From Macrostomum lignano (taxonomy: Eukaryota), in assembly GCA_002269645.1 (NCBI GenBank), contig NIVC01004590.1:1-41160 (forward strand): DNA of 41,160 nt, given 5' to 3'. Under the pieces are notes generated by a model that was given only the letters and a program-made list of their open reading frames with translations, searched no databases and was not told where the DNA came from. Each line of letters begins with the position of its first letter. Position 1 is the stretch's first letter. Both the position numbers and the translations under genes were made by a program. Positions 38,553 to 41,160 of the stretch are shown here, in pieces.

Positions 38553-40279
38553 CCCTCTCCTCATCATCAGGGAAAGATGAGGACTGCCCACTGCAGAGCC
38601 GAGACGTTAGAGATACGGTTGAGTGACAAATCCCAAGCCAAAACCGATGGCGTGACTAAGTCTGCAATCGCTACTTGCGGAAAGGCTGTGGAAAATTCTG
38701 AAATTACGTTTTCTCCAACATTTCTACTCCCTCACTCCCTAGTAGACGGATGCCTTTCTTTGCGTTTAAGTACGCTGACGCGCAGACCAAACTGGATTGG
38801 ACTTGTTTAAACCCAAAAGTTATTATTTGGTCCAGCTTATGGATGCAAAGGCTATAACATCAGCTTTCTTTTAGTTTGCTCCGAATGACTCTCCCATCGT
38901 GAAGAGTTTTTATTCACCCCTATGGGAGATAAAAGTTATGCTAATATTTTTCATTCAAATCCCACAATAAAAGCATATTAAACAATTACTAATAGGAATC
39001 GTTTATTGTTTTCCCAATTCCAAAATCTAAGACGGACGACGTCTATTAAATTTCCGAGATTACGGACCGGACACCATTATTATTTTAATTTAACATAACT
39101 TTGGTCTTCCGCATTCTTGCTTAGTACATTAGCTGTTTTAACAGCTACATGTATTACTGTTTCACATAATTTCATAGTTTCAAAATTCGATAGCAAAACA
39201 CGTTTGACATTTTATTAAAAGGCATTACTTTGAAATTACTGGCAAGAAATCCTCCTTCTCAAAACCATTCTAGAGAGGAAAAAGATAGAAAAAAACTTAA
39301 AAAATACTTGTCCATCTTCATTTTAAGCCCTTGTCCATCTTCATTTTAAGCCCATTAGCGGAAAAACTTGAACTGGAAAAAGCTATGCAGGTATGTGATG
39401 GATAGATTGCTTATCTTTGCATCATTTGTTGTCCATGTTAACATTTTTCGCGTGGAAGCGTTCATCGCTAAAAGTATAGACATTATATTAATAAGTATTG
39501 ATTGTTTCTGTCTCTTGCACTAATGTGAAGTTGAAATTTCGTGATGAAGACCGACCGATAATGAGTCGAAGTAGTTTTTGGTTGCTACTCTTGTAACTCT
39601 TCCTTTTCTGCAAATAACCGTTACTCTCAGAACACGCACATTGCGTTAATAGAGGGATAATTTAATAAAATATTGATGTAAACTAGACTCTTGGAATGGT
39701 ACAACTCCCAAAGAGCTGTTGTTTTGTAATTAGTCTATTAGTTTGACAGATTTTTGCATGTAGCTTCGGCAATGAAACAGCTCATTAGAAGGTCATTATA
39801 GAAGGAAACGCAGACTTGACAAGCATTTGTTAATTGAGGAAATGATGAGAGAAAAGAATTCTTTGCTGGACGTTAACTATTCACTTTCATCATGCATGAA
39901 GAGTCTGCACACTGCAGAGATCGTTTTGTTTGATACTAATTTACAGATTAACCATTGCATGCGATTAGTTTGCAAAGCGATTTGGACAAAACGGGACAAT
40001 GGCATTTAGGCTGTATGCAGTAGAAATTAATGATACTTGAGATAACAATCAATTATTGTGCTAAGAAGTGTTGGAGTATAGCTCAGAGGAAAGCTAATTT
40101 TCATTGCTCGGTTATTTCAATAGACAGCCTGCCATTCGGCGAAAAGGCGAGCAAGGAAAATCACCGGAGGCACAATGAACACATCTATAATAAAAGTACA
40201 GAAAATATGAGCATCATTATTATGCGCAGCCTAAAAATTAAAAAACACGAGTTAAACAAACTTTATCGGCCGAACATTG

Positions 40280-41160
40280 TTAGAGAAACAGTATCTGCAG
40301 CGTGGCAAGCGTAGTCAAGTTCTTGAACTCTTCATTAGCCAGAGAGCAGTTGATGCGAAAGCTCTGGTCGCTAGGCGGATTAATTATTTGTATCATAGCC
40401 AAAGGCGGCAGGTAGAACGAGCTGTCCGGTTGGTAAGGAAAAAAGTATCGCGGAAAATAGGCGTAGGTTCTGTTCAGGTAGGTTAGCTGCGGATAGAACC
40501 TCAATGGGATCTCCGCATTGTTTGAATCAATTGTCGCTCGACAGTCCAGCCAAAGGTCGGTGCTGTAGTTTCTTGTGAGCGCTGGTCCAGCCTTGAGCAG
40601 GATGCATGGATCTCCGGCAACGTAGCCAAAGGCGTTGTAGAATTGCAGCTCGAAAATATTTCCAACTGCGAGTACACACACGTCCAGACCAGGTTTTGGA
40701 AAGGAAGTCCGGCAGTCTTTGGCCCGTCGACCGGCCTTGCGAAGTCGGCGGTACCATCGACGGATCTCGTATTCGTCCAGCTCACCGTTGATGCGGGCCA
40801 GCAGCGCGCTAAGTCATTCTTCATTGCAATTTGCGCCGGTCGAGCCAAATCACGCTACCGCCCTGCGGATTGCGCAGGCTCTATTTTAATGTACTCCTTG
40901 ACCTCTTCGCGAGCCATAGACATCGAGATGACTACTGCTATTGTCGTAAAATACGACCACCATGATGCCGCCGACCACCAGTTGAAGTCGAAGCTGTCTA
41001 GCAATTTTCTCTTCGTTCTCCTGCTGCATGCTCTTGTACGGATCATAGTCAATAGTGCCGATGCCCGATTGTCAGTTAAACGGTAGCGGGGGCTGTCTCT
41101 TCGGCAAAGAATATAGTGTTGAATTCGTGTCGGCAGTAGTGACCGCCTTCGCCTGCTCTC
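40280..41160 (-). CDS. ATP1B: Na+/K+-ATPase beta-subunit-family protein (divergent, type II membrane), several apparent frameshifts, 5' end outside the window or unresolved
   Basis: FGYVAGDPCILLK, LWLDC, RFYP, YFPRYFFPY...YLPPLAMIQ...RINC are beta-subunit motifs. A TM segment LVVGGIMVVVF/TTIAVVISMSMA is assembled across a frameshift at about 40949. No intron is evident in the recognisable part. Confidence 0.8.

Noticed and set aside
38343-38810. 155-aa ORF between IQCH and the Na/K beta gene
   Set aside because: It runs through the (TC)n microsatellite and has no domain-like composition.
39308-39353. Perfect 23-bp tandem duplication TTGTCCATCTTCATTTTAAGCCC
   Set aside because: Isolated slippage-type duplication in AT-rich intergenic DNA.
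40881-40902. 22-nt GT...AG mini-intron that would repair one frameshift in the Na/K beta gene
   Set aside because: It is far shorter than every other intron here (80 nt or more), and the sequence reads as plausible coding (VKEYIK). An indel is more parsimonious.

Overview
Eukaryotic, intron-containing invertebrate genomic DNA. GC-rich exons, short AT-rich introns and very abundant minisatellites suggest a free-living flatworm such as Macrostomum, but this is inference only. Eight host protein-coding loci were reconstructed by hand: the 3' end of a Cys-loop ligand-gated channel (+), an ependymin-related protein (+, 4 exons), NDUFAF4 (+, 2 exons), an ankyrin-repeat/STE-like kinase with one in-frame TAG (-), a divergent beta-tubulin (+, 3 exons, head-to-head with the kinase), RADIL (+, 8 exons), IQCH (+, four -1 frameshifts in its 3' part) and a Na/K-ATPase beta-subunit-like gene with several indels (-, runs off the window). 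Mobile DNA is rich and several boundaries can be fixed by target-site duplications: a PHD-finger Mutator transposon nested inside another Mutator-like element, a foldback element with modular inverted arms, two CORE-SINE copies, hAT MITEs and a long-TIR MITE with an 8-bp TSD. There are at least seven tandem arrays, two of which sit directly against splice sites. A recurring GTCTATGGCC(AAAA) motif is unexplained. No CRISPR array, rRNA or true tRNA was found.
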